DNA of 64,000 nt from Candidatus Obscuribacteraceae bacterium (GCA_044226015.1 JBGAHS010000012.1:32001-96000); one strand, 5' to 3'; positions 38,752 to 49,982 are shown, counted from the first letter of the stretch. Made by a program: numbers and translations. The notes: generated by a model from the letters alone, not told the origin.

Positions 38752-40680
38752 ATGTCTACACTGCTTAACGTGCCGAAATACATAGAGTCTGTTGTCAGTC
38801 CTGCTGAACTGAAGCGGATGACTGTCGAAGAGCTGACTGCAGTTTCAGTCAAGCTTCGAAATGACCTGGTTGACGCGGTGTCCAAAACGGGTGGTCATCT
38901 AGCCTCGAATTTGGGGATAGTTGAAATCACGGTAGCGTTGCATCGTGTGTTCGAGAGCCCCAAAGACAAGCTCATTTGGGATGTTGGGCATCAGTCATAC
39001 ATTCACAAGATGCTGACAGGCAGAAAAGAACGATTCAACACTCTGCGTCAGTACAAAGGTCTGGCTGGTTTCGTTACCCCGGTCGAAAGTGAACACGATT
39101 CTTTCGTAGCTGGTCATAGTTCGACTTCGATTTCGCTTGCTGTAGGCATGGCGATATCACGTGACCAAAAAAACGAAGACAACAAAGTTGTTGCCATCAT
39201 AGGTGATGGCGGTCTGACTGGTGGCATGGCGCTGGAAGCGCTAAACCACTTGGGTCACATCCAGAAAAACGTGATCATTATTCTGAATGATAATGAGATG
39301 TCCATTAGTGAAAACCTTGGTGGATTCTCTCAATATATGAAGCGAATCAAAGAGACGTTTTTCTATAAGGAAATAAAAGAAAAACTCGATTTGATTGAGG
39401 GTGGACTTGACGATGTGAAACTCGAACCGAAGGTTTGGGAACTTATATCGAGCGTCAAGAAAGAAGCAAAGGCTAGAATTGAGACTCCGGGAATCGTTTT
39501 TGAGAAGTTGGGAATCAACTACAGTGGTCCAGTTGATGGTCACGATGTCGGCGCAGTAATCGAGTCACTCGAGCGCGTCAAAAATTTGAATGGACCCCAG
39601 CTGGTTCATGTGATTACGCAGAAAGGAAAAGGCTACGCTCCTGCAGAAGCCGACTCGATCAAATATCATGGTGTGGGTGCCTTTAGTCCTGAGAAGGTAG
39701 AACCGGCTCAAACTGCGGTGACAGCTAGCAAGCCAAAGGCTAAAACATATTCTCAAGTTTTTACTGAAGCTCTCATCGAAATCGCTTCCAAGCTTGAAGA
39801 AGTTATAGCAATTACTCCTGCAACTGCTGAGGGCAGCGGACTTGTTGAGTTTGGCAAGACTTACCCTGAGCGCTTTTTCGACGTCGCAATTTGTGAGCAG
39901 CACGCGACGACTATGGCTGCGGGCATGGCGAAGACTGGCTTGAAACCAGTTGTCTCCATCTATTCAACTTTCTTGCAGCGTGCGATGGATCAAGTCATTC
40001 ACGATGTCGGCATACTAAAGTTGCCGGTAGTTTTTGGTATAGATCGAGGCGGTCTCGTTGAAGACGGTGAAACTCATCAGGGTGTTTTCGATATCGCCTA
40101 CATGCGTGCGATTCCAAACATGTCCGTCTATGCACCTAAAGATGCTCGTGAACTTCGCAATATGCTGTACACAGCATTGACGAAAAAGAATTGTCCTGTG
40201 GCTATCAGATTCCCAAGAGACAAAGCCATAAATGCTGAAGGCGAAATGCCGATGGAACACATCGAGATGGACAAGTGGGAAACGCTTGTTGATGGTGATG
40301 GTCCTGTGTTACTGGCTTATGGTGCAATGGTAGATGTTGCGCACACCTGCGTAAAATCCTTGAAAGAGAAAGGCGTCAATGCAAAGCTAGTCAACGCCAG
40401 AAGCTGCAAGCCCCTCGATACGGAATTCCTCAACGAAGTCCTGATGAGTGACAAAAAGGTTGTCACTCTTGAAGAAGGCACCATTGCTGGTGGCTTTGGC
40501 TCAGCCGTTCTTGAACATGCTGCGGCTTTGAAGATGGAATGTCCTAAAGTCAAACAGGCTGATGTGTTTTGCATCGGCATAGCTGATCATTTCGTTGAGC
40601 ATGGTGCTCGAAGTGTTCTTTTGGATTTGAATGGCTTAAGCGCAAGCAAAATTACGAATCGCTTACTCTCACTTCTATAA
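38752..40680 (+). CDS. dxs: 1-deoxy-D-xylulose-5-phosphate synthase
   Basis: GGHLASNLG, WDVGHQ, GDGGLTGG, YSTFLQRA, DGETHQG. Confidence 0.97.
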   Translation: MSTLLNVPKYIESVVSPAELKRMTVEELTAVSVKLRNDLVDAVSKTGGHLASNLGIVEITVALHRVFESPKDKLIWDVGHQSYIHKMLTGRKERFNTLRQYKGLAGFVTPVESEHDSFVAGHSSTSISLAVGMAISRDQKNEDNKVVAIIGDGGLTGGMALEALNHLGHIQKNVIIILNDNEMSISENLGGFSQYMKRIKETFFYKEIKEKLDLIEGGLDDVKLEPKVWELISSVKKEAKARIETPGIVFEKLGINYSGPVDGHDVGAVIESLERVKNLNGPQLVHVITQKGKGYAPAEADSIKYHGVGAFSPEKVEPAQTAVTASKPKAKTYSQVFTEALIEIASKLEEVIAITPATAEGSGLVEFGKTYPERFFDVAICEQHATTMAAGMAKTGLKPVVSIYSTFLQRAMDQVIHDVGILKLPVVFGIDRGGLVEDGETHQGVFDIAYMRAIPNMSVYAPKDARELRNMLYTALTKKNCPVAIRFPRDKAINAEGEMPMEHIEMDKWETLVDGDGPVLLAYGAMVDVAHTCVKSLKEKGVNAKLVNARSCKPLDTEFLNEVLMSDKKVVTLEEGTIAGGFGSAVLEHAAALKMECPKVKQADVFCIGIADHFVEHGARSVLLDLNGLSASKITNRLLSLL

Positions 40681-43138
40681 TTGAACGGGGCGTTTGTTCG
40701 TATTTCTCCAGATTGATTTTGAACCTCTTCGTGATGGGTTCAGGAATAATTCGTTCATACTCTTTCAGTGCTTCAAATAGTAATTTTCTACTTTTCGCTC
40801 TGTCTATGTCATTCGCGTCCACTAGTGCTTTTTCAAAGTGTGATTCTGCGCTTTCCTTATCGCTCAATTTTGAGCAGCAATAGCCCATCATGAGTTCAGC
40901 ACGCATCTCGCAGTCTCTTCCGGTGTCTGCAAGCATTGAAGCTGCTTCGAATTCTTCAAGAGCAATTTTATATTCACCTTTCAGGAACTTGAAAGATGCT
41001 CTGGCAAATGACTCTTCGAACTTCATGGGAGCCCCATCATTCAATGCGGCTTTGCCTGTGCCCGGTGCGTTGTAATTTATACCAACTTGCGTAAGTGCCT
41101 TATTTAACCACTGTTCAAATAATTGTTCGTCATTCCGTTCAATTGTCAGAGCAAATGCTTGTTCCGCTACATCAGCCAGTGTGGCTGCCTGATTTCCCTT
41201 TTTTGCTAAACTGATTGCCTGGACGTAAGTGTTTTCTGCCGCACTGAGGTCGAAGCTTTCAAGGCAATGAGCCAGTTGAGCTAAACTTCGAGAGCACTGG
41301 TCGGACCGCATTTCAAGTTGTTCGCTTGTAGAGAGTGCTTTCGAGTTTTCCAGGTGAGAAAGTACTGTGTCCTTCTCGTTGCTTGTTGCGGAGAGCGCTA
41401 ACTCGGCTTCAAAAGTGCGGTCGCTGTGCTCTAATTGAAAGTTTTTGCTTAACATTGATTGCTTGATGTAACTTGCAGCCTCTGCTTGTTTTCCAATTTT
41501 GAGCAAAATTGTTCCCATGTCCATACAAACATTTGAGTGTTCCCACAAAACGTCGTTTCCGATTTTTGTTTCATCATTTGAGGGAACTCTGGGTAGTGTC
41601 TCTTTCAGTTTTGTAAGGGCAGCTTCTGCTTTTCCTTCAAGATAATCGCAATGTGCGGAGTAGCGTTTAGCGATAGAAAAAAGCACTACATTGTTGTATT
41701 GATATTTTGCTGCCCGCTCAAAGCATGCTCTAGCCTCTGCGGGGTTACGTTCTGCCAAATGAATTTTTCCCATGATCTTGGCTGCATTGTAGGCAGTGTT
41801 TCCCGCATCAACAGAAGCCCTCAGGTGGTTTGATTCTGAAATGATTTTATCGGGCATTCTTTTTGCCCATATGTCTTCCTGCGTTTTGATGCTAACACTT
41901 TCTGCTTTTGCCAAACACTGCAAAGTCTGCTTCATTGATGCGATAGATTGTAAATAACGGCCCTTTCTGCGCTCTTGCTGGTAGCGCAGATGAATCTTTT
42001 TGGCAAGCTCGAATAGCCTATCGTATGGAAGCTTGTCCGGAACTGTGAATTCCGCTTGCTTCCTTATTTCCGCTTCTTTATTTCTTGCTTGTTCTTGCCA
42101 TTGAAACAGTGTAAATGAGAGTAAGCACAGAGCTAAAATACTGCCCACTACAAGTTTGGCATTTCCTCTTTTGGGAGCTTTTGTCAATGGCGTATCTTGA
42201 GCTACGTCCAGATGATTGCAGCTTGTTTCAAAGGCTTTAAGGAGCTCACTTACTGTTTGAAATCTGTTCTCTGGATTTTTTTCCAGGCATTTAAGGATGC
42301 ACTGATTTAGCTCAACGAACTCGCTTGATTCGGGTAGTTTAGATTGGTCAACTTTAGCAGTGCTTTGCTTGTACATGATATCGAGGGCGGTGTCACCAGT
42401 GAACGCGGGAGAGCCGGTCAGAGCCTCATACATCACCAGTCCTATCGAGTAAATGTCAGTCCTGCGGTCAAGCTTTTCATTGCGTGTTTGCTCTGGGCTC
42501 ATGAAGGCTGGTGTTCCTAAGAGCACTCCCGTTCTAGTCAGCTTCATGCCTTCGGCGTTTTCGCCATCGACGTGAGCAATTCCGAAATCGAGTAGTTTGC
42601 AATTTTCTATTTCAGCATTCGCGTCATATTTCCCCTGGGTGTCAGATTCCGCTTGCAGAATGAAAATATTTGAGGGCTTCAGGTCTCTGTGTATTATTCC
42701 TTTATTGTGCGCATGTTCTAATGCATCGAGAATTTGCAGAAAGATGCATTTGAATTCGGAAATTTTTAAGCGCCTTGAAGCAAGTATTTTATCGAGCGAC
42801 TTTCCTTCGAGCCATTCCATCGAGATGAATGGTGACTGCTCATCCTTGAATCCAAAAGAAAAAACTTTGACAATGTGCGGATGGTCGAGTAAGCAAATCA
42901 CTTTTGCTTCGTTGATGAATCGTTTTATTGAAATCGCATCAAATTCTTTCTGTGGCGTCAGAACTTTAAGGGCACAGTCTCTTTGTAATTGCTTCTGATT
43001 CGCTTTATAGACGATGCCCATTCCCGTTTGAGCAACCTGCTCTAAAATTTCAAAGTCTGAAAAGGCGCCGGACTGAGTTATAGCCGCTTCATCCTTCAAC
43101 TGCTCGCTAATTTCGGCTGGGGAAGGTTTGAAGTCCAT
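40652..43138 (-). CDS. Hanks-type Ser/Thr kinase with TM helix and TPR-like region
   Basis: HRDLKPSN, DFG, GTPAFMSPEQ; overlaps the 3' end of dxs convergently. Confidence 0.9.
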   Translation of the reverse strand: MDFKPSPAEISEQLKDEAAITQSGAFSDFEILEQVAQTGMGIVYKANQKQLQRDCALKVLTPQKEFDAISIKRFINEAKVICLLDHPHIVKVFSFGFKDEQSPFISMEWLEGKSLDKILASRRLKISEFKCIFLQILDALEHAHNKGIIHRDLKPSNIFILQAESDTQGKYDANAEIENCKLLDFGIAHVDGENAEGMKLTRTGVLLGTPAFMSPEQTRNEKLDRRTDIYSIGLVMYEALTGSPAFTGDTALDIMYKQSTAKVDQSKLPESSEFVELNQCILKCLEKNPENRFQTVSELLKAFETSCNHLDVAQDTPLTKAPKRGNAKLVVGSILALCLLSFTLFQWQEQARNKEAEIRKQAEFTVPDKLPYDRLFELAKKIHLRYQQERRKGRYLQSIASMKQTLQCLAKAESVSIKTQEDIWAKRMPDKIISESNHLRASVDAGNTAYNAAKIMGKIHLAERNPAEARACFERAAKYQYNNVVLFSIAKRYSAHCDYLEGKAEAALTKLKETLPRVPSNDETKIGNDVLWEHSNVCMDMGTILLKIGKQAEAASYIKQSMLSKNFQLEHSDRTFEAELALSATSNEKDTVLSHLENSKALSTSEQLEMRSDQCSRSLAQLAHCLESFDLSAAENTYVQAISLAKKGNQAATLADVAEQAFALTIERNDEQLFEQWLNKALTQVGINYNAPGTGKAALNDGAPMKFEESFARASFKFLKGEYKIALEEFEAASMLADTGRDCEMRAELMMGYCCSKLSDKESAESHFEKALVDANDIDRAKSRKLLFEALKEYERIIPEPITKRFKINLEKYEQTPRSIIEVRVSDS

Positions 43139-43241
43139 CGCGCTTTCTCAGTTACGGCGTGCCAAGCTTTATGAGATCTTGCATACCCGTTTTACGGGAA
43201 ATCTTGGCGGGTATGTTTCCTTTGAAGAATGAGGAGTTTTT

Positions 43242-43592
43242 ATGAGCTGGGTTCAGGCAATCGCAATAACCGTCGGGCTGATAGTTCTAAATGACGTAAT
43301 TTTGTACGTGTTTGAACTTTTCGGACTAAAAGATCCGAGCAAGATTCTACAAATGATTCTCGGCGCAATAACTATCTTGGGCAGCGCTTACTGGGTGCGT
43401 CTTGACTCTCAAAAGATTGAAGTCAACAAGTATGATGGCATGGTTCAGGGCACCCCAGAAGGGCTGGCAATTGTAACTGTATTGCTATGGCCGCTGGTCT
43501 TTCCAGCATATCTCCAGAAGCGATACATGATCAAAAATCGCCTCATTTCCATAAAACCAGAGTTTCATCCGAATTACAAAAAGCCTAGCTGA
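43242..43592 (+). CDS. Small membrane protein
   Basis: Three hydrophobic segments, LLWPLVFPAYL; GAGGAG RBS. Confidence 0.7.
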   Translation: MSWVQAIAITVGLIVLNDVILYVFELFGLKDPSKILQMILGAITILGSAYWVRLDSQKIEVNKYDGMVQGTPEGLAIVTVLLWPLVFPAYLQKRYMIKNRLISIKPEFHPNYKKPS

Positions 43593-43593
43593 G

Positions 43594-44202
43594 CTATTTC
43601 TGAGCAAACAGAAACTTGCTCTCGGCGATGACTGGCAAACCTCTTACTACGCAAAAAGCAGCACTAATGTATACAAGGACCAGCGCTATGCTTGGTATTT
43701 GTGTCGTGCTCAATGTAGACACTTGTCCGAGTATTATCAGGCAGAATGATGCTGCTTTGCAGACTGCATAGGTAAAGCGGCTAAAGTTAGAAGCTACTAG
43801 AAATTTTCCCAGACCTGATTGCATCATGGTCTTATCACCAAATGCGGTGAATCCTTGTTCGCTGGCTTGGGCTCTTATTGCGTCTACGAATGTTCCTCTT
43901 ATTAGAAAGAGAAGCGGAACCCAAACCGGAATCCAATGTAGTACAGCAAAAGCTATCCAGTACATCATTTCTACGACTCTATCGCTTGCTATATCCAATA
44001 CTGCACCAAGTTTGGTGCACTGATTTAGTTTTCTGGCGAAATATCCGTCGAGGCCATCGCCCCATATGACGATGGCGCTTAGCACCGTTTCAGTTATGAA
44101 TATTGTGTCCTGCTGCTCTTTTGCAAAAGGAACGAATAGAAGAGCTATTGTTATGATCGCAAGTACGATGCGGCTGAGTGTAATGGTATTTGGAACATTC
44201 AT
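43594..44202 (-). CDS. CDP-alcohol phosphatidyltransferase (PgsA-like)
   Basis: MNVPNTITLSR; DGLDGYFAR...GAVLDIASD signature. Confidence 0.92.
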   Translation of the reverse strand: MNVPNTITLSRIVLAIITIALLFVPFAKEQQDTIFITETVLSAIVIWGDGLDGYFARKLNQCTKLGAVLDIASDRVVEMMYWIAFAVLHWIPVWVPLLFLIRGTFVDAIRAQASEQGFTAFGDKTMMQSGLGKFLVASNFSRFTYAVCKAASFCLIILGQVSTLSTTQIPSIALVLVYISAAFCVVRGLPVIAESKFLFAQK

Positions 44203-44801
44203 TGTGCACCAGCCCTGGAGTCAGAATCACCTTCTTCTGCAGCTTTGATCTGTTCGCCGACTTCTGATGCAAGTTGTTCTTCCGAAATGTTTTCAACACG
44301 CTTGTTAAGTTCAAGCAGAAGTTGATCTATCTCACTAATCGCGGCAGAAACCTTCGCCTCTTCTTCTAAATCGACATCGCGAATTCGGCTCAGAAGATTC
44401 GTGTTTTGTTCATCAAGAATTGGCGCGTATTCATCTGCTTCTTCCTTCAAACAAAGCTGTTTGGCAAGCGCATCAAAGCAATCTTGAGACAACGTCATTC
44501 CACCTGTTTCAAGCCGGTAGCGAATTGCCTTTACGCCACCATTTCGCACGTAAATAGACAGCTCCATCACTTTTGCAACATCGGCCAGGGCTCTGTTTTT
44601 GTCGTGACCGAAATCGTCTAAATACTTTGCGAAACCCAGCAAGAAAAGCCTGCCGTCAAAGCTAATAATGTTGCCTGAAACATCCGGAGCTGTTTTAACG
44701 GGCACGATTGCTGCGTGTGCGCTGCCCATGTAAACGTGCAGTTGATCTAGCAAGCGGTAGATGTCTGCCGCTTTAAGCTTATCTTCTTCCCGCCCGTTCA
44801 T
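44199..44801 (-). CDS. Hypothetical protein
   Basis: 200-aa ORF tightly packed between gyrB and the pgsA-like gene. Confidence 0.7.
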   Translation of the reverse strand: MNGREEDKLKAADIYRLLDQLHVYMGSAHAAIVPVKTAPDVSGNIISFDGRLFLLGFAKYLDDFGHDKNRALADVAKVMELSIYVRNGGVKAIRYRLETGGMTLSQDCFDALAKQLCLKEEADEYAPILDEQNTNLLSRIRDVDLEEEAKVSAAISEIDQLLLELNKRVENISEEQLASEVGEQIKAAEEGDSDSRAGAQ

Positions 44802-44813
44802 ATGCGGCTACCT

Positions 44814-46874
44814 TTAGATGTCTAGCGTGCCCTTGTCGGCGTTCTTAACAATGAAGTCGCGTCTTGGCCCAACAGATTCACCCATGAGCAAATCAAAGAT
44901 GTGTTCTGCTTCAGCGGCATCGTCAACCTGAACTTGCTTCAGTGTGCGTGTGTCTGGGTTCATTGTGGTGTCCCACAATTGCTCAGGCATCATTTCTCCG
45001 AGACCTTTGAATCGCTGAATCGTGGCGTTATCCATTTCTGCAAGAGCTATTTGCAAGGCACTTTCATTGAAGCAGTATTTTTCTTTCTTGCCTTTTGAGA
45101 CTTTGTACAGTGGTGGCTGTGCGATGTACACATAACCATGTTCCACTAACGGTCTGGCGTAGCGGAAGAAGAAAGTCAGAAGCAATGTTCTGATGTGGCT
45201 ACCATCAACGTCAGCGTCAGTCATGATGATGACTTTGTGATAGCGCAATTTGTCGAGGTCGAGATTAGTGGCGTTTGGTCGCAACAAACCTGATTTCTTA
45301 GACACTGGAGTGTCGTCATCTTCGGTCTTTTCTTGAACAGCAAGACCCAGCGCTTGAATCATTGCCTGAACTTCAGCATTCTCGTAGATGCGTCCTGGTT
45401 GAACTCTTTCAACGTTGAGAATTTTTCCTCTCAGCGGCAAAATCGCCTGGAATGTTCTGTCTCGACCTTGCTTTGCGCTACCACCTGCGGAGTCACCTTC
45501 TACCAGATAGATTTCTGTCTTGGTTGCGTCTTTTTCCGAACAGTCAGCAAGCTTTGCTGGCAAGCTCGAGGTCAGAGACGATTGCTTTCTTACGAGCATT
45601 CTTGCTTTCTGAGCCTGTTCGCGCGCGGTCTTGGCGAGCTGAATCTTCTGGATAATGGACTTAGCAACTGACTCTTGATTGAGGTCATATAAGTAGTTGT
45701 CCATAGCTTCTCTGACAACACTGCTTACACAACCTTGAATTTCTCTGTTACCAAGTTTTCCTTTAGTCTGTCCTTCGAATTGTGGCTCTGAAACCTTTAT
45801 AGAAATGATTGCTGTCAAGCCTTCCATCACATCTTCTCTGACGAAGTTGCTGTCAGAGTCTTTGAGGAAGTTCTTTGCTTTAGCGTAGGCGTTAATTGCA
45901 CCTGTCAATGCCATTCTGAAACCAGTCAAGTGGGTTCCACCGTCTGGTGTGGTGATGTTATTGACGAAACTGAAACTGGCTTCAGCGTAACTGTCTGCCC
46001 ATTGCAAAGCGCACTCTACGACTACTTTCTCGCGATCTTCCGGATTTTTGTCTTTATCTTGATCGGCATATCTATCTACTGTTTTTTCGAAATAGATAGG
46101 TACTTTGTTGATTGCTGTCTTTGTTTCGTTCAAATATCGAACGTAGCCGGCGATGCCATCTTCATAGTGATATGTCTCACTTTCTGGTTCTTCGCCACGC
46201 AGGTCTGAGAAGACTATTTTGAGACCCTTATTCAAGAACGCCATTTCTCTCAAACGGCTAGAAAGCGTGTCCCAGTCTAGATGTATTGCAAGTCGGTGAC
46301 CTTCATCATTCGTGTCATGGAAGATTTTGTCATCTGGCCAGAACTGAACTCTTGTTCCTCTTTTTTCTGTATCTTCGCCAACCTTCAGATCTGTGTCCGG
46401 AACGCCTCTGGTGTAAGTCTGGCTGTGGGTCTTACCGTTTCTCCAGACTTCTACTGCCATCTTTGTAGACAGCGCATTCACTACCGACGCGCCTACTCCA
46501 TGCAGGCCGCCTGATACTTTGTATCCGCTGCCGCCGAATTTTCCGCCCGCGTGAAGTACTGTCAATACCGTTTCAACAGCACTCTTGCCTGTTTTTTCTA
46601 CGATATCAGTTGGAATTCCTCTTCCATTATCTTCAACCGATACTGATTCATCTTTGTGAATCGTGACCAAAACCTGGTTGCAATGTCCTGCCAGGGCTTC
46701 GTCTACTGCATTGTCCACAATCTCATATACAAGGTGGTGCAGTCCCTTTGGACCAGTGCTTCCGATGTACATGCCGGGTCTGACACGCACAGCTTCTAGA
46801 CCCTCAAGAACTTCAATATCCTTACCAGAATACTCAGCGCCTTCTTCAGGATTTTGATTGGTTGAATCTGACAT
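44814..46874 (-). CDS. gyrB: DNA gyrase subunit B
   Basis: RPGMYIG, LHAGGKF, SGGLHGVG, EGDSAGG, PLRGKILN, MTDADVDG, RFKGLGEM. Confidence 0.95.
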   Translation of the reverse strand: MSDSTNQNPEEGAEYSGKDIEVLEGLEAVRVRPGMYIGSTGPKGLHHLVYEIVDNAVDEALAGHCNQVLVTIHKDESVSVEDNGRGIPTDIVEKTGKSAVETVLTVLHAGGKFGGSGYKVSGGLHGVGASVVNALSTKMAVEVWRNGKTHSQTYTRGVPDTDLKVGEDTEKRGTRVQFWPDDKIFHDTNDEGHRLAIHLDWDTLSSRLREMAFLNKGLKIVFSDLRGEEPESETYHYEDGIAGYVRYLNETKTAINKVPIYFEKTVDRYADQDKDKNPEDREKVVVECALQWADSYAEASFSFVNNITTPDGGTHLTGFRMALTGAINAYAKAKNFLKDSDSNFVREDVMEGLTAIISIKVSEPQFEGQTKGKLGNREIQGCVSSVVREAMDNYLYDLNQESVAKSIIQKIQLAKTAREQAQKARMLVRKQSSLTSSLPAKLADCSEKDATKTEIYLVEGDSAGGSAKQGRDRTFQAILPLRGKILNVERVQPGRIYENAEVQAMIQALGLAVQEKTEDDDTPVSKKSGLLRPNATNLDLDKLRYHKVIIMTDADVDGSHIRTLLLTFFFRYARPLVEHGYVYIAQPPLYKVSKGKKEKYCFNESALQIALAEMDNATIQRFKGLGEMMPEQLWDTTMNPDTRTLKQVQVDDAAEAEHIFDLLMGESVGPRRDFIVKNADKGTLDI

Positions 46875-47290
46875 ATTTTCAAGTCACCATGGGTGTTGTC
46901 TCATCAAACTGCTGTCTAAAAGTCTAGTTTGACGAGGAGGTGGAAATCTCTCTCGAGCAAGCTTTATTTTAACACGTTTGATTGATGATAAGCCTTTCAG
47001 GATGCGGATTTTGCTCATTTATTTAGAAGCGTATCCATGAGTTCTTCAAAGCCGAAAAGCGAGTACCTAGCAGCATGAAACGGGGGACTGAAGCCAAAAA
47101 GATAATTGGGCGCCTGGAAATGTGAGTTAGATTTTTGCTGTTCAGATTTTTGCAGGCATGTCTGGAATATAGGCATGGTAAAGCTTTTGGATAGATTGCA
47201 GAACTCAGCACTCAAGGTATATATACTTGCTTCCAATTGGGGTAATATTATTCCTTAGCTGTCAACAGAAGGCACGGAAAGGCATCTCAC

Positions 47291-48241
47291 TTGAAAACAT
47301 TCAAAGAAATCAAACCTGGATTATTGACGCGCTCATCTCTGGCGCTGGGATTTTTCGATGGAGTGCATCCAGGACATCAGGCAGTGATCAAGAAAGCTGT
47401 TGATGAAGCTCGTATTCATGATGCGGTGCCGGCAGTTATCACTTTCAAGGAACACCCGCGTGCGTTGACTCTGGGTAAGTCTCCGCCCTTGCTGACTATG
47501 CCAGAGCAGCGACTTGAAATTTGCGAGTCGCTAGGAATCGAGGCAGCACTTCTACTTTCGTTCACAGAAGAGCTCTGTCGCCTCTCACCGCAAGATTATG
47601 TGCATCAGGTACTTCTTGAAGCCATGGGGGCTGTTTCGCTCTCAGTGGGCTATAACCATCGTTTTGGTAAAAACAGAATTGGCACACCTGATCTGCTAAG
47701 AGAAATTGGCGACAAACACGGGTATGTCGTACACGTTGCGCCGGAAGTATTGATTGATGATGAACCGGTTTCCAGTTCGCGCATTCGCGATTCGCTTGCA
47801 AAAGGTGAAGTGGAATTGACGCGACGCTTGCTGGGGCGCGCCTACACTGTGAAAGGTCCTGTGGAAAAAGGCGATGGTCGTGGGCGAACAATAGGTTTTC
47901 CGACTGCAAATGTTGCTACTCCGCCTGAGCTTATTCTTCCGGCAAATGGAGTTTATTGTGGATTTTGCAATTTGACTGGTGGCAAGACCCACCCGTGCGT
48001 AATGAATGTTGGCTTGAGACCCACTTTTGGAGACAACTTGCAAGTGCGAACTGAAGTGCATATCTTCGATTTTCACGATGACATATATGATCAAGAGCTC
48101 AACGTTCGATTCACAAATTTCATACGGAAAGAACAGAAGTTCTCAGGCATCGAAGAATTGAAAACGCAAATTCTCAAAGACTGCGAAATGGCTCGTGCAC
48201 ATCTTGCTTTAGATGGACATGCTACCGCACAATTTCCATAA
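47291..48241 (+). CDS. ribF: Bifunctional riboflavin kinase/FAD synthetase
   Basis: GFFDGVHPGH, SSSRIR, GRTIGFPTAN, RKEQKF. Confidence 0.95.
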   Translation: MKTFKEIKPGLLTRSSLALGFFDGVHPGHQAVIKKAVDEARIHDAVPAVITFKEHPRALTLGKSPPLLTMPEQRLEICESLGIEAALLLSFTEELCRLSPQDYVHQVLLEAMGAVSLSVGYNHRFGKNRIGTPDLLREIGDKHGYVVHVAPEVLIDDEPVSSSRIRDSLAKGEVELTRRLLGRAYTVKGPVEKGDGRGRTIGFPTANVATPPELILPANGVYCGFCNLTGGKTHPCVMNVGLRPTFGDNLQVRTEVHIFDFHDDIYDQELNVRFTNFIRKEQKFSGIEELKTQILKDCEMARAHLALDGHATAQFP

Positions 48242-48283
48242 TGTGTGAGACTTCGCGAGTCAGTTTCGGAGCCTGTTAGTGCA

Positions 48284-49510
48284 ATGAAGGCAAAATCTCT
48301 CAAGCTGAAAAACTTTCGCAATTATGTTGCCACCACTCTCGCCCTCGAGCCGGGAAAAAACATCATAATTGGCGAGAATGCTCAGGGAAAAACCAATCTA
48401 TTAGAAGCTGTAGATATATTCAGTACAGGCAAATCTAGTCGCGCCTCGGAAGATCGCGAACTGGTTTTGTGGGGAACAAACCAGGCTCGCTCAGAGCTTA
48501 TTTACGAAACCAGTTCATTCGATGGTACGCTTTCCATTGATTGGACTTTGAAGGAACTTTCGGCTCCGGGAGCGGGTGGCCGTTGCCAGAAAACAATAAA
48601 AGTGAATGGCGTGACGCAAAGTTCAGTCAAGGGCTTGCTCGGACGTCTGGTTACTGTAAGTTTCTCCAGCGAAGATTTGAAGATTCTGCGTGGTGGTCCA
48701 AAATATCGCCGTGATTGGCTTGACGACATGTCTGTTCGCTTGAAGCCTAGCTTTCATGATTCCATTTCTGGTTATGCAAAATCTGTAATGCAGCGCAACA
48801 AGCTGCTCAAAACTCTGGCAGAGCGGGGGCGCTTAAACGTAAGCGATCAGGACGAACTCTTAGTTTGGGACAAGCAGATTGCTAAATACGGCACTTACGT
48901 AATCAAAATGCGCTTGAAACTTCTGTCTGAATTATTGCCGATTGCAGAAACCCATCAATCAAAGCTCTCAAACAGCAGCGAAAAACTGACTATCGATTAT
49001 GCGTTTCGCTCACAAGAAGAATCTTCAGACTTCGCTGCCGATGAGGAATCATCTGCGGAAGGCGAGCTTACCGTGAAGTCTATGGAAGAGTTGCAATCCA
49101 TGGAAAATATAGAGCTTGCGCAGCTACTCATGCGCCTCATGAAAGATCGCCGCTGGCTCGAGTTGCGAAGAAAGCAAAGTCTGGTCGGACCACATCGCGA
49201 TAATCTAATTTTCAAACTGAACGGAGCCAACGCCGCCGCATTTGCCAGTCAGGGTCAGCAGCGCAGCATTGTGCTTTCGCTGAAAATGGCAGAGCTTATG
49301 AAGGTCTCTGACTATATTGGCGAGCCACCAATTCTTTTACTGGATGATGTACTTGCAGAACTTGATGAAAAGCGTGCCGCCATGTTGCTTTCTGCAGTGA
49401 CAGGAGAGATGCAAACAATAATGAGCACCACTCATTTGAGTGCAATTAATCAATCGTGGCTTGAAGGCGCAAACATTGTTTCTGTGCATGCAGGAGCGCT
49501 ACAGGTCTAG
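48284..49510 (+). CDS. recF: DNA replication/repair protein RecF
   Basis: NFRNY, GENAQGKTN, GPHRD, SQGQQR, LLLDDVLAELD. Confidence 0.95.
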   Translation: MKAKSLKLKNFRNYVATTLALEPGKNIIIGENAQGKTNLLEAVDIFSTGKSSRASEDRELVLWGTNQARSELIYETSSFDGTLSIDWTLKELSAPGAGGRCQKTIKVNGVTQSSVKGLLGRLVTVSFSSEDLKILRGGPKYRRDWLDDMSVRLKPSFHDSISGYAKSVMQRNKLLKTLAERGRLNVSDQDELLVWDKQIAKYGTYVIKMRLKLLSELLPIAETHQSKLSNSSEKLTIDYAFRSQEESSDFAADEESSAEGELTVKSMEELQSMENIELAQLLMRLMKDRRWLELRRKQSLVGPHRDNLIFKLNGANAAAFASQGQQRSIVLSLKMAELMKVSDYIGEPPILLLDDVLAELDEKRAAMLLSAVTGEMQTIMSTTHLSAINQSWLEGANIVSVHAGALQV

Positions 49511-49523
49511 CATCTCTTCGTGC

Positions 49524-49982
49524 CTAGGCGGATTTCACTAATGTAATGACTTGCTTCAGCTCTTGCATTCGCGCTGGTTTATCAAGTACCAACTGTATGC
49601 CAGCCTGTTTGCAACGCTCTCTGTCTTCTCGTTCCAAGCCACCAGTTAAAATGACGATTCTGCTGCTGGCTTTCATGTTTGGCAAATTCTTGATTTCAAT
49701 TGCAGCTGGCACACCATCGAGTACTGGCATTTTATTGTCCAGTAGCAGTAAATCGTAGTCGCGTTCTGAAGCTTTTGTTACCGCTTCTGCTCCGTTAGGT
49801 ACCCAATCAACTTCACAGCCTAGCTTCTGAAGTTGCAATGTTAAAGCTCTGGCAAGGATGTTGTTATCTTCCGCGAGCAAAACAAGAAGAGTTTGAACTG
49901 GCAGCGCTTCGCAATTCTCACTTGTGCAAGGTTGCGATATATCCGTGCTCACTAGGTACCCCCTGTAGTTTTGGCTAGCCAA
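49524..49982 (-). CDS. Stand-alone receiver-domain protein
   Basis: LLAEDN, LLDNKMPVLDG, LTG, DKP. Confidence 0.8.
   Translation of the reverse strand: MASQNYRGYLVSTDISQPCTSENCEALPVQTLLVLLAEDNNILARALTLQLQKLGCEVDWVPNGAEAVTKASERDYDLLLLDNKMPVLDGVPAAIEIKNLPNMKASSRIVILTGGLEREDRERCKQAGIQLVLDKPARMQELKQVITLVKSA

Noticed and set aside
40652..40680. Convergent overlap of dxs and the kinase
   Set aside because: Short tail-to-tail overlaps are common; both genes look intact.
46875..47290. Possible oriC between gyrB and ribF-recF
   Set aside because: No TTATCCACA-like DnaA box cluster seen, and no dnaA or dnaN in the window.
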